The position numbers and the translations under genes are program-made. A stretch of DNA of 64,000 nucleotides from Terriglobia bacterium. GTDB lineage: Bacteria; Acidobacteriota; Terriglobia; 20CM-2-55-15. Each line of letters begins with the position of its first letter. Position 1 is the first letter of the stretch. The stretch covers positions 928,001 through 992,000 of the forward strand of contig CAXWPJ010000009.1 in assembly GCA_963664115.2 (NCBI GenBank), written 5' to 3'. The notes below the pieces were generated by a model. It did no database searches. It was given only the letters and a program-made list of their open reading frames with translations, and had not been told where the DNA came from. Below, piece by piece: positions 1-9,254 of this stretch.

Positions 1-1
1 G

Positions 2-160
2 GAATTATCAATCCACCTGTACCTGAAGAACTGGCCAGCATTACGAACTTGGTTAAAGCTCGGATTTCGCACGATCGTAGAGTATCGGGGCGACGAAGTT
101 TTCATTAAGGAGGGTCATGCCAGCCTGATTCTTGAACGCCAACTTGACAGGGCTGGCTGA
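2..160 (+). CDS. 3' end of a probable GNAT acetyltransferase (truncated by window edge)
   Basis: Frame 2 reads ELSIHLYLKNWPALRTWLKLGFRTIVEY...RAG*; N-x-x-A-x-x-x-W-x-K-x-G-F resembles GNAT motif B. Confidence 0.55.
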   Translation, partial: ELSIHLYLKNWPALRTWLKLGFRTIVEYRGDEVFIKEGHASLILERQLDRAG

Positions 161-580
161 CAAAGCAACGAAGCTGGCAGTCGACAAAGGCGGCGTATAC
201 CGAACGCCGAAAGTGGATGGATAACGCCATGTTTCTATCGGAGATGATCCGGGGCATGTCGGATAGAACGGTTTGAAGTGAGCCGCTGGCGCGGCCGGGG
301 GCGGAAACGCGGAGCTGAACATCGCCCCGGTCGGCTCGTCCGAACCCTGATACGCCCATTATCTGGAATGCAGATGTGTGGTTGGGAGATTATTGTAAAT
401 CGATCCCATTTCGCGGTTGGCCACAACCCCTCCGGCAGTGTTCCTGAATTGCGGAAACGACCCGGCTTTGTGCTTGACAAGCCGGACCATGGATTCAATA
501 ATCGGCCGCAATAAGAGGGGTTTTTATTCAAACTGCGCTTCCGAGCGTGCCAAGGTAAAGGGCAGAACGGGGTTTAGCTA

Positions 581-1393
581 ATGAGGCAGTGCCCGATTTC
601 ACTCATTCGACGCGTGTCCGCATTGGGTGCGGTGGTCATGGTGGCCACGCTTGCTGCGGCACAGCAGAGCGCCCCCCCCGATTTGACCGGCCTTTACCTG
701 TCGTTTCCAGGTGGGGGTACCCAGCCGGACGGGGACTTGACCTCCAGGCTCGTTTCAGGAAGCGAGTTGATTCTGACCCCTTACGGCGCGGATCGCTATC
801 GGAATATGGATGTGGGCCCGGGGGATCCGGGAGCGCAGTGCCTGCCAGGAGGGCCGCTGCGCGGACTGTGGGGACTCGGGAACCCATTCCTGATCGTCCA
901 ACACCCGAATATCATCGTCATCAACTTCGAGACCCAGGGCGGCCCCCGCTTGATTTACACGGACGGCCGGGACCACCCCGGAGATATTCATGAACATCCG
1001 GAATTCTTTGGTAATTCAATCGGACGATGGGAGGGAGACACACTCGTCGTAGACACGATCGCTGTGGACGAACGGATCTGGCTTGACCCCTCCGGCCACG
1101 AGCACAGCGATCAACTGCGCATTACCGAGCGGTTCACGAAGACCGGTCCGAATACGATTGCGTGGGAAGCGACGATCGAGGACCCCGTGTTTTTCGTTCA
1201 ACCGTTCACGGTCAGCCGGACTTTCGAACGGCAGATCGGCGAGCGCCGCGACCGTATGCTGTCGTTTTCTTGCGTGGACAACGAGAACGATCTGGATTAC
1301 ATGGTGCCTGAAAAGGGAGGGACTGGGCACCCGCTGATGATGGGTACCGACGGCAGTGTGACCCGGTGGGACCGTCCCGATCCTTTTCAGTGA
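581..1393 (+). CDS. Exported hypothetical protein, DUF6152-partner family (copy 1)
   Basis: Signal peptide; DLTGLY, CLPGGP, GNSIGRWEGDTLVVDT and C-terminal Cys shared with 8 paralogs in window. Confidence 0.85.
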   Translation: MRQCPISLIRRVSALGAVVMVATLAAAQQSAPPDLTGLYLSFPGGGTQPDGDLTSRLVSGSELILTPYGADRYRNMDVGPGDPGAQCLPGGPLRGLWGLGNPFLIVQHPNIIVINFETQGGPRLIYTDGRDHPGDIHEHPEFFGNSIGRWEGDTLVVDTIAVDERIWLDPSGHEHSDQLRITERFTKTGPNTIAWEATIEDPVFFVQPFTVSRTFERQIGERRDRMLSFSCVDNENDLDYMVPEKGGTGHPLMMGTDGSVTRWDRPDPFQ

Positions 1394-1446
1394 AGGCTCA
1401 GGCGTTGGAGGCTTGACGACGGGGCATGCGGGATTCGCGCTGCGAC

Positions 1447-1833
1447 TCACAGGCCGTCGTCCGAACCGACAAAGACTTCCCGGCCATCGGCGAAGGTCAC
1501 CCTCCTGCCGTTGATGTGGTTTAGCCCCGGCATTCGCGCCAGGAAACCCGTAACGGTTATTTCATTTCCGATCTGTAGCGAATCCTTGCTTACTCCGCTT
1601 CTGTAGAAGCCATTCACCGACCCGTTTTCGATGGCGTAGTTCGTCACGTTCCCAGCCTCATTCGTCACATCGATATAGAAATAGATGTGGGGGTTCTTCC
1701 ACTCTACCCTCGTGACCGCCCCCGTTACCGTGATCGGCTTGTTGGAATCGTACTTTGCCGAGGCATTGTGGTGGGCTGACGCTGAACCCACTGTCATGAC
1801 ACAGAGAAATACTCCAAGCAAGAAACGTGACAT
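1447..1833 (-). CDS. DUF6152-like small exported protein (copy 1)
   Basis: Signal peptide ending ASA|HH; WKNPH motif. Confidence 0.85.
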   Translation of the reverse strand: MSRFLLGVFLCVMTVGSASAHHNASAKYDSNKPITVTGAVTRVEWKNPHIYFYIDVTNEAGNVTNYAIENGSVNGFYRSGVSKDSLQIGNEITVTGFLARMPGLNHINGRRVTFADGREVFVGSDDGL

Positions 1834-2022
1834 CTTTACACCCCCGGACCTTTGAGTTCTCAATCGAATAATTTGTCGAAGCATAAGAGCAACCCGTTGG
1901 GCCTGTCAAGGTCAGAAACTGGTTCCAGCGCCTGCGTGTTTAGCCGGTGGAACCGGGTTGAGAGCGAGTGGCGGATAAGCGGTTCATCGCGCCAAGCAAA
2001 GCTTGGGAAAGGGGAATTCGAT

Positions 2023-2325
2023 GTGAGCCGATGAAACCTTTCGAAAGGAATCTAACTGGTGACAGTCCAGTCCGGCCAAAGCCGTAGCGGGCAGGCCGGT
2101 AGCGAGTCTTGCCTGCGGCGGGTGACCGGCGGGAGAGAAGCGTAGACAGCGAGGGAGTGGGCCGCGAGGATTCAGCTCCGAAATTTATCAGGTTGCGGAT
2201 GCCGAAACTTTTGTTTTGGTCGAAGGCTGTATCCGGATGACCGATACGCTAGCTTGTCGGGAGCCGCCGGAGTCTCTAGCCCGGGGCACGCTTCCACAGG
2301 GATTCCTATGAAACTCCAGAATCTA
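2023..2325 (+). ncRNA. Group II intron 5' remnant (domain I-like), no RT ORF
   Basis: Starts GTGAG; contains CTAACTGGTGACAGTCCAG, TAGCGAGTCTTG, AAGCGTAGACAG, GCCGAAAC...GAAGGC and GCCGCCGGAGTC segments resembling bacterial group II intron domain I; no domain V or ORF seen. Confidence 0.55.
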
Positions 2326-2440
2326 GTGCCTCATTCTCGACCAGGGAATAGCCAAACTCTTTGGCACGGCGGGACAGGTTGTGGAGGCGGATAAGCGGTA
2401 CAAGCAGGGTCTGACGACTATGGCAAAACCACGCGCTTGC

Positions 2441-2497
2441 ATCAACATCGTCCTGAACTGGTTTGAAGAACTGAAGGAACGGGTGCCGGTTCCCTGA
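2441..2497 (+). pseudogene. 3' stub of Ser/Thr kinase (INIVLNWFEELKERVPVP*)
   Basis: Matches the C-terminus of the intact kinase at 17169-19820 (IRLVLNWFEELKQRVPLP*). Confidence 0.85.
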
Positions 2498-2506
2498 TTT
2501 TGAGGG

Positions 2507-2542
2507 TCAATTCCTGATATATCCTCTTCCCAGAGGTTGAGA
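2507..2542 (+). repeat. Dispersed quasi-palindromic site, degenerate copy A
   Basis: TCAATTCCTGATAT-ATCCTC-TTCCCAGAGGTTGAGA, 9 bp after the kinase stub, same spacing as other copies. Confidence 0.7.
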
Positions 2543-2876
2543 TCCTACCTGCTGAGTAAATGGCCCACATAACTGTAATTCCCTACGCTCGTGATACTCT
2601 TCCGGCAAGTATTCCAACTTCGACTACGTCTTTTTAGATCAAGGGCAGCAAGCACCTCACACTGGTTATGAGGACAACGAGATGAAGTTTTCGCTCCCCC
2701 ACAAACGAGCTGTCGTTGGCCATTCGCTCACTGTGAAAGTCCAAGCGGAGGGGGATTAACGGATCACCCTAAACAGCTCTAATAGAGAATACAAAAGAGG
2801 GTGTACGAAGGGCCAACACCCACCCCCGGGGCCAAATGGTTCTAGGCGAGGTTCGCAGGTGAGAGTGGTTTGTTTC

Positions 2877-2897
2877 CTGCCACAGTTTCTGCCACAG
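2877..2897. repeat. Direct repeat CTGCCACAG x2 (integrase arm-site-like)
   Basis: CTGCCACAG-TTT-CTGCCACAG, about 80 bp from the tRNA fragment. Confidence 0.5.
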
Positions 2898-2976
2898 AAT
2901 AGCCCAAGCAGCAGGTAAAACGAGGTGACACCAACCAGCTAAACGTTTGAGAGGGAAGAGCGAGCCATTATCAACT

Positions 2977-3019
2977 TGGTTTTCGAGACCACCGCCTTCG
3001 ACCGCTCGGCCATTCCTCC
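2977..3019 (-). pseudogene. 5' half of tRNA-Ser(CGA), probable att-site remnant
   Basis: Minus strand GGAGGAATGGCCGAGCGGTCGAAGGCGGTGGTCTCGAAAACCA gives acceptor 5' strand, D arm and anticodon arm (CGA); no variable arm, T arm or 3' acceptor follows. Confidence 0.8.
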
Positions 3020-3213
3020 GTGGGGACAGCTTATCACGTAAGGCGTCTGTTTTCTGTTACTTAATCGTTACCTTCAAACGACGTCACATGACGAGGTCAT
3101 TAATTAGGCGATCTGTTTCATTCATTGTTTATTGAATCCCGCGGGTTTGATACTTTGCCTGATTAAACCCGATCATATTCCATTCAATTGAAATTATTAC
3201 AAGAGGTATTCAC

Positions 3214-4011
3214 TTGGCTGAAGTCACGGTTTCGACCGGCAACCTGATCTCGTATCACGACAGCGGCAACGGCACGCCGATCCTGTTTTTGCACAGCTTT
3301 GGTCATAACAAGAATATGTGGTTTCCGCAGCTCACGCATTTCGTCGAGCTCGGCTATCGCGTCATCGCGCCAGACATGCCGGGCCACGGCAACTCGGCCT
3401 TCGATCCCGGCAATCATACTGTCGATGCAATCGGCGGCATGTACGGAGAATTTCTCGACCAGCTCGGCGTCGGCAAAGCGATCGTGGTGGGTATTTCCAT
3501 TGGCGGTTACATTGCGCTGCGCATGTGGGCGCGCCGTCCGGAGCAGATATCGGGCCTGGTTATGATCTGCAGCAAGGCCGACGCCGACAGCGATGAGATC
3601 AAGGAAAGGCGCCGGGCCCAGATTGAGAATATTCATACGAACGGCCTCGAGAACTTCGTTATTACGGGCGCACCCAAACGGGTCGCGCCAAAGACCGCTC
3701 GCGATCGGCCCTGGATCGTCGACTGGATCAAGATGATGAACTTTACCGTCAGTGCCGAGGCCAACGCGGCCACACTCGAGGCTATGGCGATCAAAGAAGA
3801 CGATACCGAGACATTGCAGACGATCGACGTGCCGGCGCTGATCCTCTCGGGCAGTGACGATATCTTCATTCCCAAAGACTCGCCGCATAGTCTCAATAAC
3901 GGCATCAAAAACTCGGTGCATCATGTCATCCAGGATGCCGGGCATGTCGCAAACCTGGAAAATCCGACTGCGGTAAACGAGTACATCGAAGATTTTCTAA
4001 AAACATTATGA
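3214..4011 (+). CDS. Alpha/beta hydrolase (PcaD/MhpC-like)
   Basis: DMPGHG, GISIGG nucleophile elbow, AGHVANLE; RBS GAGG upstream of TTG. Confidence 0.9.
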   Translation: MAEVTVSTGNLISYHDSGNGTPILFLHSFGHNKNMWFPQLTHFVELGYRVIAPDMPGHGNSAFDPGNHTVDAIGGMYGEFLDQLGVGKAIVVGISIGGYIALRMWARRPEQISGLVMICSKADADSDEIKERRRAQIENIHTNGLENFVITGAPKRVAPKTARDRPWIVDWIKMMNFTVSAEANAATLEAMAIKEDDTETLQTIDVPALILSGSDDIFIPKDSPHSLNNGIKNSVHHVIQDAGHVANLENPTAVNEYIEDFLKTL

Positions 4012-4048
4012 TATTAGCTGTAGCCGGTTAAGCAGAACGAGGTGCACT

Positions 4049-4984
4049 TTGAAACTGCTCACGTTTACGACCACACAACATTCGGCCCGGAAACTCGGCG
4101 CACATTTCGAAGGCAATATGATTGTCGACCTGGCTCGCGCCTACGAGGTGTATTGCGATGCGCGAGCACCGGATTGGTTTGACTCGGTTAGCAATCTGCT
4201 GAAAGGCGGCGACCGCGCGATGGCGCTGGCGCAGGAGATTCACGATCTCGCAAGCGGTAAAACCATTGCCGACGACTCCGTATTCCTGAGCATGGACGAC
4301 ATTGTCTTTCATCCGCCCGCGGGGGACAGCGCAAAGATTCTTTGCGTGACCATGAACTACAGCTCCCATGCCAAGGCGAGCGGTACTAAGCAATCCACCG
4401 AGCCCTATTTCTTTGTCAAGATGCCAACGCTGATGACGCCGCATCGGGCACCGATCTGCCACTCGAAAACGTCTGAGAAGCATGACAGCGAAATCGAACT
4501 CGCCGTCATTATCGGCAAACGTGGCAAATACATCTCCCGCGACGATGCATTTGACTACATTGCCGGCTACGCGATTATTAATGACTTCAGTTTCCGCGAT
4601 CGCCGATCGCTGTCTGAAGACCCTAATTCAGCGCGGCTGCACTGGTTTACGCTGAAAAACCTCGACAACGCGGCTCCGATCGGTCCGTGGCTCGTGACCA
4701 AGGACGAGATTCCTGACCCGTACGATCTGGAGATCACCTTGACGCTGGATAATGAGCCCGAGCTCAAACAAAGCGCCTCGACAGAGGGCATGATGCACAG
4801 AATCGAGGATCTCGTCATGTACGCGTCCAACGGACTGACGCTGGAACCCGGCGATGTTATCGCCACGGGCACACCGCATGATGTAGCGTTCGGCCAGCAA
4901 CGTTTCCTGCAAGACGGCGATATTCTCCGCGCCGAGATTTCAAAGATCGGCGCCCTTGTTAATCCGATCCGGAGCGAGGATTGA
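4049..4984 (+). CDS. Fumarylacetoacetate hydrolase family protein
   Basis: NYSSH, DSEIELAVIIGK, ND, IGPWLVT, LEPGDVIATGTP motifs. Confidence 0.92.
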   Translation: MKLLTFTTTQHSARKLGAHFEGNMIVDLARAYEVYCDARAPDWFDSVSNLLKGGDRAMALAQEIHDLASGKTIADDSVFLSMDDIVFHPPAGDSAKILCVTMNYSSHAKASGTKQSTEPYFFVKMPTLMTPHRAPICHSKTSEKHDSEIELAVIIGKRGKYISRDDAFDYIAGYAIINDFSFRDRRSLSEDPNSARLHWFTLKNLDNAAPIGPWLVTKDEIPDPYDLEITLTLDNEPELKQSASTEGMMHRIEDLVMYASNGLTLEPGDVIATGTPHDVAFGQQRFLQDGDILRAEISKIGALVNPIRSED

Positions 4985-4988
4985 GGCG

Positions 4989-6116
4989 ATGAGCGCTACA
5001 CCCGAACTCTCTCGAGAAGCTTTCATTGAGGACCTGATTGCCAACAATTTCACGACGTATTTTGTCGCGACGCACTGGAAGTCCGCTAACAGCAATCCGG
5101 CATTTCGTTTCACACCAAGCCCCGTCAGCATCGCCGTGCCCTATTCCTGGTCGTATAGCGATGCCAGGCAACGGCTGATGAGCCTGAGTTCACTTCTGAC
5201 TACGGAAGAGGCCGAACGGCGAAACATTAATTTTGTAAATCCAGCGCTTAAGGACTTCATGCCCGCCGCTGCATTACCGACGTTGCGCGGCGGTATTCAG
5301 TTGTTGTTACCCGATGAACAGGCGTACTCGCATCGGCACACCGCGAATGCATTCCGCCTGGTTTTCGAGGCATCCGAGTCCGGCGCGTACACCAACGTCG
5401 GAGGTAATCGGCTACCAATGTCGATGGGTGACTTGATACTGACACCCAACTGGACCTGGCACGACCATCACAATGAAGGTGATGCCCGCGTCATCTGGTA
5501 CGACGGTCTCGATGTGCCCCTGGCGCATTGGATTGGAGGCGTGTTTGCTGAAGAGATGCTTGACGTGACAGGCGAGAAGCACCAGGCAATCACGCACGAG
5601 GCGAATGCCGTAACGGACAATTTCGGCCCGGGCATGATCCATCGCAAGAAAATGTCCCCGGACAATATTCCGGCATCCAACAATCCCCTGATTTATTATC
5701 CCTACAGCAAGGCGCGGGCCTCGCTCGCCGACCTGGCTGCGCAAGGTGCCGGGGATCCGCACGAGGGCGTAGTCGTCGAGTACGTGAACCCGGTGACCGG
5801 TGGCCCGACTTTCCCCACCATGGGGACATCGCTACGACTGATTAAGGAACAGTCAACTGTCGAGGCAATGCACAGAACGGAAAACATATTATTCATTACG
5901 ATGGAAGGGTCGGTGACCTTTCATCTTCCCGACGGTGAAAAGTTCACAACCGAACCGCATGACGTCACCGCAATGCCATCGTGGGTGCCGTACAGCATCA
6001 CCAACAAAAGCGATACACCGGCCGTGCTGTTTTCACAGACTGACCGCCCGGTATTTGAAGCGCTAGGGTTTTATCGGGAACAGAAAGTCCGAGTCACATT
6101 TACAGAGTTGAGCTAA
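4989..6116 (+). CDS. Bicupin ring-cleavage dioxygenase (gentisate 1,2-dioxygenase-like)
   Basis: ERR, HRHT, GDLILTPNWTWHDH, DGLDVP, YVNPVTGGP, D.P..EALG motifs. Confidence 0.88.
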   Translation: MSATPELSREAFIEDLIANNFTTYFVATHWKSANSNPAFRFTPSPVSIAVPYSWSYSDARQRLMSLSSLLTTEEAERRNINFVNPALKDFMPAAALPTLRGGIQLLLPDEQAYSHRHTANAFRLVFEASESGAYTNVGGNRLPMSMGDLILTPNWTWHDHHNEGDARVIWYDGLDVPLAHWIGGVFAEEMLDVTGEKHQAITHEANAVTDNFGPGMIHRKKMSPDNIPASNNPLIYYPYSKARASLADLAAQGAGDPHEGVVVEYVNPVTGGPTFPTMGTSLRLIKEQSTVEAMHRTENILFITMEGSVTFHLPDGEKFTTEPHDVTAMPSWVPYSITNKSDTPAVLFSQTDRPVFEALGFYREQKVRVTFTELS

Positions 6117-6150
6117 ATCAGGCGTAATCAGGAGGCCGCCGGTGAGATCT

Positions 6151-6270
6151 TGGATTCTCCAGAAGGTCACCGGCAACGGCGGCACGGTGGACTTCATGAT
6201 GCAGGAGACCGCTAAATGCCCTAACTGCAAGCAAACACTGACTGATAAGACCCTGATCGAGCCAAAGTGA
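6151..6270 (+). pseudogene. 3' remnant of a small CxxC protein
   Basis: WILQKVTGNGGTVDFMMQETAKCPNCKQTLTDKTLIEPK*; stop codon abuts repeat site B. Confidence 0.4.
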
Positions 6271-6310
6271 TTCTCAACGTCCGACAAAATCGTTTATCAG
6301 GACCTGAGAA
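6271..6310 (-). repeat. Dispersed quasi-palindromic site, copy B (inverted)
   Basis: TTCTCAACGTCCGACAA-AATCGT-TTATCAGGACCTGAGAA is close to the reverse complement of the consensus. Confidence 0.85.
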
Positions 6311-6399
6311 TTTGAGTTGAGCTTCTGATTGCTTACAAACCCCTCCCTTAGTATTCTTTACCGAGTTTTTCACGGTTCAACTAGCAACACACTATAACG

Positions 6400-6477
6400 A
6401 TGGAATCCGGCACCAAACTCGGCCACTACGAGATCCTCTCTCCGCTCGGCAAAGGCGGTATGGGGAAAGTGTGGAAG
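6400..6477 (+). pseudogene. 5' stub of Ser/Thr kinase (MESGTKLGHYEILSPLGKGGMGKVWK)
   Basis: Near-identical to the N-terminus of the kinase at 17169; similarity ends after 26 codons. Confidence 0.88.
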
Positions 6478-6790
6478 ACCAATCAATCCGGGCAACGTTG
6501 GAGGTGTCTGGTCCGACGGTGGGTTACGGCGGCTTTGCGCCGTATGCTAGGAGCATTACGGAAGCGTGCGGTCCGGGAGAGACGTAACGGCAACGATAAT
6601 CGAGCTGCGTTGACAGATACTCTAGATGGTTCTATTTTGAGGCAATCCACTCGATCCCGATGACTGATAGGGTAAATTTTGTGGAGATCTACGTCGGCAT
6701 CTCTTCGGGAGCATGGAACGATGGACTGGGACACGGCTCCTGGTTCTAAGGCCAGTCTCGTAGTTGGAACCTTTTTTCAAATAGGGGGCT

Positions 6791-7201
6791 ATGATGAAGA
6801 AGCTGGGCACATTTTTCGCCTTGGTCGCGGGCATGGCGATCATCGCCGGGCCGCTATTCGCACATCACGGTACGGGAATTTCGTACGAATTGGACGCGCC
6901 ACTCCTCACGATGAAGGGCACAGTCACGGAATTTGCGTGGCGTAATCCTCATGTGACAATTTTTCTCGACGTAACGGAGGACAACGGCGATGTCGTTAGT
7001 TGGGCATTCGAACACAGCAACATAGCCAATCTAGCCAGGCAGGGGTATCACAGGAATACGTTGCAGGCTGGCCAAGAAGTCACCGTCGTTGGCCATCCTT
7101 CGAAATCAGGCGCGCCCGTTGGGCTTACGGTAGATGTCATACTTGCCGACGGGAGCAAAATACTCCAGAGGAGACAGGCGGGCGCTCCTCCTAGAAACTA
7201 A
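6791..7201 (+). CDS. DUF6152-like small exported protein (copy 2)
   Basis: PLFA|HHG, WRNPH. Confidence 0.88.
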   Translation: MMKKLGTFFALVAGMAIIAGPLFAHHGTGISYELDAPLLTMKGTVTEFAWRNPHVTIFLDVTEDNGDVVSWAFEHSNIANLARQGYHRNTLQAGQEVTVVGHPSKSGAPVGLTVDVILADGSKILQRRQAGAPPRN

Positions 7202-7243
7202 AAATTGAGGACGCGACGCAGAGAGTTGCGTAGGAGGATCAGA

Positions 7244-8107
7244 ATGCCGAATCTTTTCGTGGGCGTGCTGCTGTGGGTACTTTTTCTTCCGTCGCCAGCG
7301 TTCTCCGGCCACCCGGAGGGACAAGAACCGGGAACCGAGGGAGCTGCGAGTCAATTCGATCCACGTGATTTTTCGGGAATCTATATGCGGCGGGGCGGAG
7401 ACCGTGGCCTTAGCGCGGATATTCCTCCCATGACGCCGGAAGGTGAGGCAAGGCTCGACGACAACAGACCTGCCCGCGGAATCCCATTAGGCGACCCGCT
7501 GAACGGGGAACATCCCGGCCGCGCGAGGGCCGTTGTACCTGCGCTTTCAAACGATCCCATGATGGAGTGTAATCCGCAGGGTTTTCCTCGCCTCCTTCTC
7601 GATCCGGAGCTCGTCGAATTCGCTCACCTTGAGAGGCGGCTTCTGCAAATCTTCAACTGGGAAAACAGGATGCGCGAAGTCTGGCTGGACGGGCGAGAAG
7701 TGCCTTCGGGTGAGAACCTTGATAACCTGGGGCTGGCGTGGTACGGACACTCGGTTGGCGAATGGCAGGGAGACACCCTGGTTGTCCACACGGTCGGTCT
7801 TGATGATAGAGCGTGGGTCGATATCTTCGGTTTTCCGAAGAGCTCCGAAGCACGATTTGAAGAGCGCTACAGGAGGATCGACGCCGATACGATAGAGCTA
7901 CAAATTACGATGTATGACCCGAAGTACTACACAGAGCCTTGGGTGTCCGACACGAAGATTTTCGAGCGGCAGCCTGCCGAGAGTTACACGTTCTTTGGGT
8001 GGTCGGGCTTGTTCTCCGGGATTATAGACGGAATCTGCGCGCCGATGAACGAGGTCGATGACTTCAACTCCAGAGTTCGAGATCCTGCGGGCCTGGGTGC
8101 CCAGTGA
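7244..8107 (+). CDS. DUF6152-partner family protein (copy 2)
   Basis: RBS AGGAGG; FDPRDFSG, CNPQGFPR, WYGHSVGEWQGDTLVV, ICAP. Confidence 0.88.
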   Translation: MPNLFVGVLLWVLFLPSPAFSGHPEGQEPGTEGAASQFDPRDFSGIYMRRGGDRGLSADIPPMTPEGEARLDDNRPARGIPLGDPLNGEHPGRARAVVPALSNDPMMECNPQGFPRLLLDPELVEFAHLERRLLQIFNWENRMREVWLDGREVPSGENLDNLGLAWYGHSVGEWQGDTLVVHTVGLDDRAWVDIFGFPKSSEARFEERYRRIDADTIELQITMYDPKYYTEPWVSDTKIFERQPAESYTFFGWSGLFSGIIDGICAPMNEVDDFNSRVRDPAGLGAQ

Positions 8108-8218
8108 TCGCGATAGAGACCAGAAGGGGTTGAGGAGACACGGGGAATTTCACCCCGAGTAACGGGTCGCCGGAAGCGATCCGCAAGATTGCCGACATCC
8201 GGGCCTGCCCTCCCGCGC

Positions 8219-8272
8219 AACATCGTCCTCAACTGGTTTGAAGAACTGAAGGCGCGGGTGCCGGTACCTTGA
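8219..8272 (+). pseudogene. 3' stub of Ser/Thr kinase (NIVLNWFEELKARVPVP*)
   Basis: Matches the kinase C-terminus. Confidence 0.85.
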
Positions 8273-8281
8273 TTTTCAAGG

Positions 8282-8318
8282 TCAAGTCCTGAGAAATCAT
8301 CTTGTCGGACGTTGAGAA
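8282..8318 (+). repeat. Dispersed quasi-palindromic site, copy C
   Basis: TCAAGTCCTGAGAA-ATCATC-TTGTCGGACGTTGAGAA. Confidence 0.9.
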
Positions 8319-8611
8319 TTCACATCTCTGAATAGAAACAACCGAGTCCGACAGTCATCCCTTAAAACCAACAACTTAACGGCGAGATGTTGGAGCAAGT
8401 CGCTATCGAGTGGGTCTGACGTGGATTACGGGCTGTCAGGAGTTCGCGAAGTGCCCCAGGGAGGTTATGGAGAAGACGTGGAAGGAATAGTATGACTTAA
8501 AAACCGCTTCTTAGCAAAACGGCGCTTTTGTCCGAATTATTTTGACAACGTACAGTACTCGGACACGGGGCATGTTCGGATACATTGAAATTCTGATAGC
8601 CTCTTGGAACA

Positions 8612-9094
8612 ATGTCAAAATGGTTGATTCCAGTCCTGGTTATCCCGGTTATTACAGTGACCGTGATATGGCTTCTCGATCCAGGCTCGTCAGAAGATTT
8701 AGCGGCTGGTAGTCCGGAAGCCCGAATCGTTACGTATTTGGACGAGAATATCGCGCCAGGCCGGTTTGTGCTGGTCACGGACTTGTACAACAACGTCTTC
8801 ACGACTCCCGAGGAGCGTGAGGCATTGCAACGGCTCTACGACTCTTTGTTTGAGCTCCCAGCTTTCGCTGCCCAGGTCTACATTGAGACTGGCCGCATAC
8901 CGACAGCTCAGGACATATCGGACCACTTTGGTTTTCAGGTTCCCGGGACAACGATTGTGCTTCTTCGTGTCTTGGAATCCGATCCCCGCATTCCACCGTT
9001 TTTTGAGCGCGATCTCACTACGGGAGAAATCACACAAATCGACGTGGATGCCATCGCGGCTCACGATCGTTTTGGGCGGGCGCTTCGGAATTAG
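8612..9094 (+). CDS. Hypothetical protein with N-terminal membrane anchor
   Basis: 160-aa ORF, hydrophobic N-terminus, protein-like composition. Confidence 0.7.
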   Translation: MSKWLIPVLVIPVITVTVIWLLDPGSSEDLAAGSPEARIVTYLDENIAPGRFVLVTDLYNNVFTTPEEREALQRLYDSLFELPAFAAQVYIETGRIPTAQDISDHFGFQVPGTTIVLLRVLESDPRIPPFFERDLTTGEITQIDVDAIAAHDRFGRALRN

Positions 9095-9254
9095 CATTCT
9101 GTATGGATGTCCTGACTCATCTCCTAGCTGCCACTTCCCACGGCCACAAAAGTCTTTGGCTGGAAGATATCCTTCGGTAAGCTTAGGGATCGCACCGCAG
9201 TATGCACGCGGAGCAACCGCGAAAACTCGTGTCACGAATCAGAGGAGTTAAACA

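Noticed and set aside
8282-8318. Repeated site as canonical attC or chromosomal dif
   Set aside because: About 40 bp is shorter than attC, there is no paired RYYYAAC/GTTRRRY, and the XerD arm TTATGTTAAAT is absent
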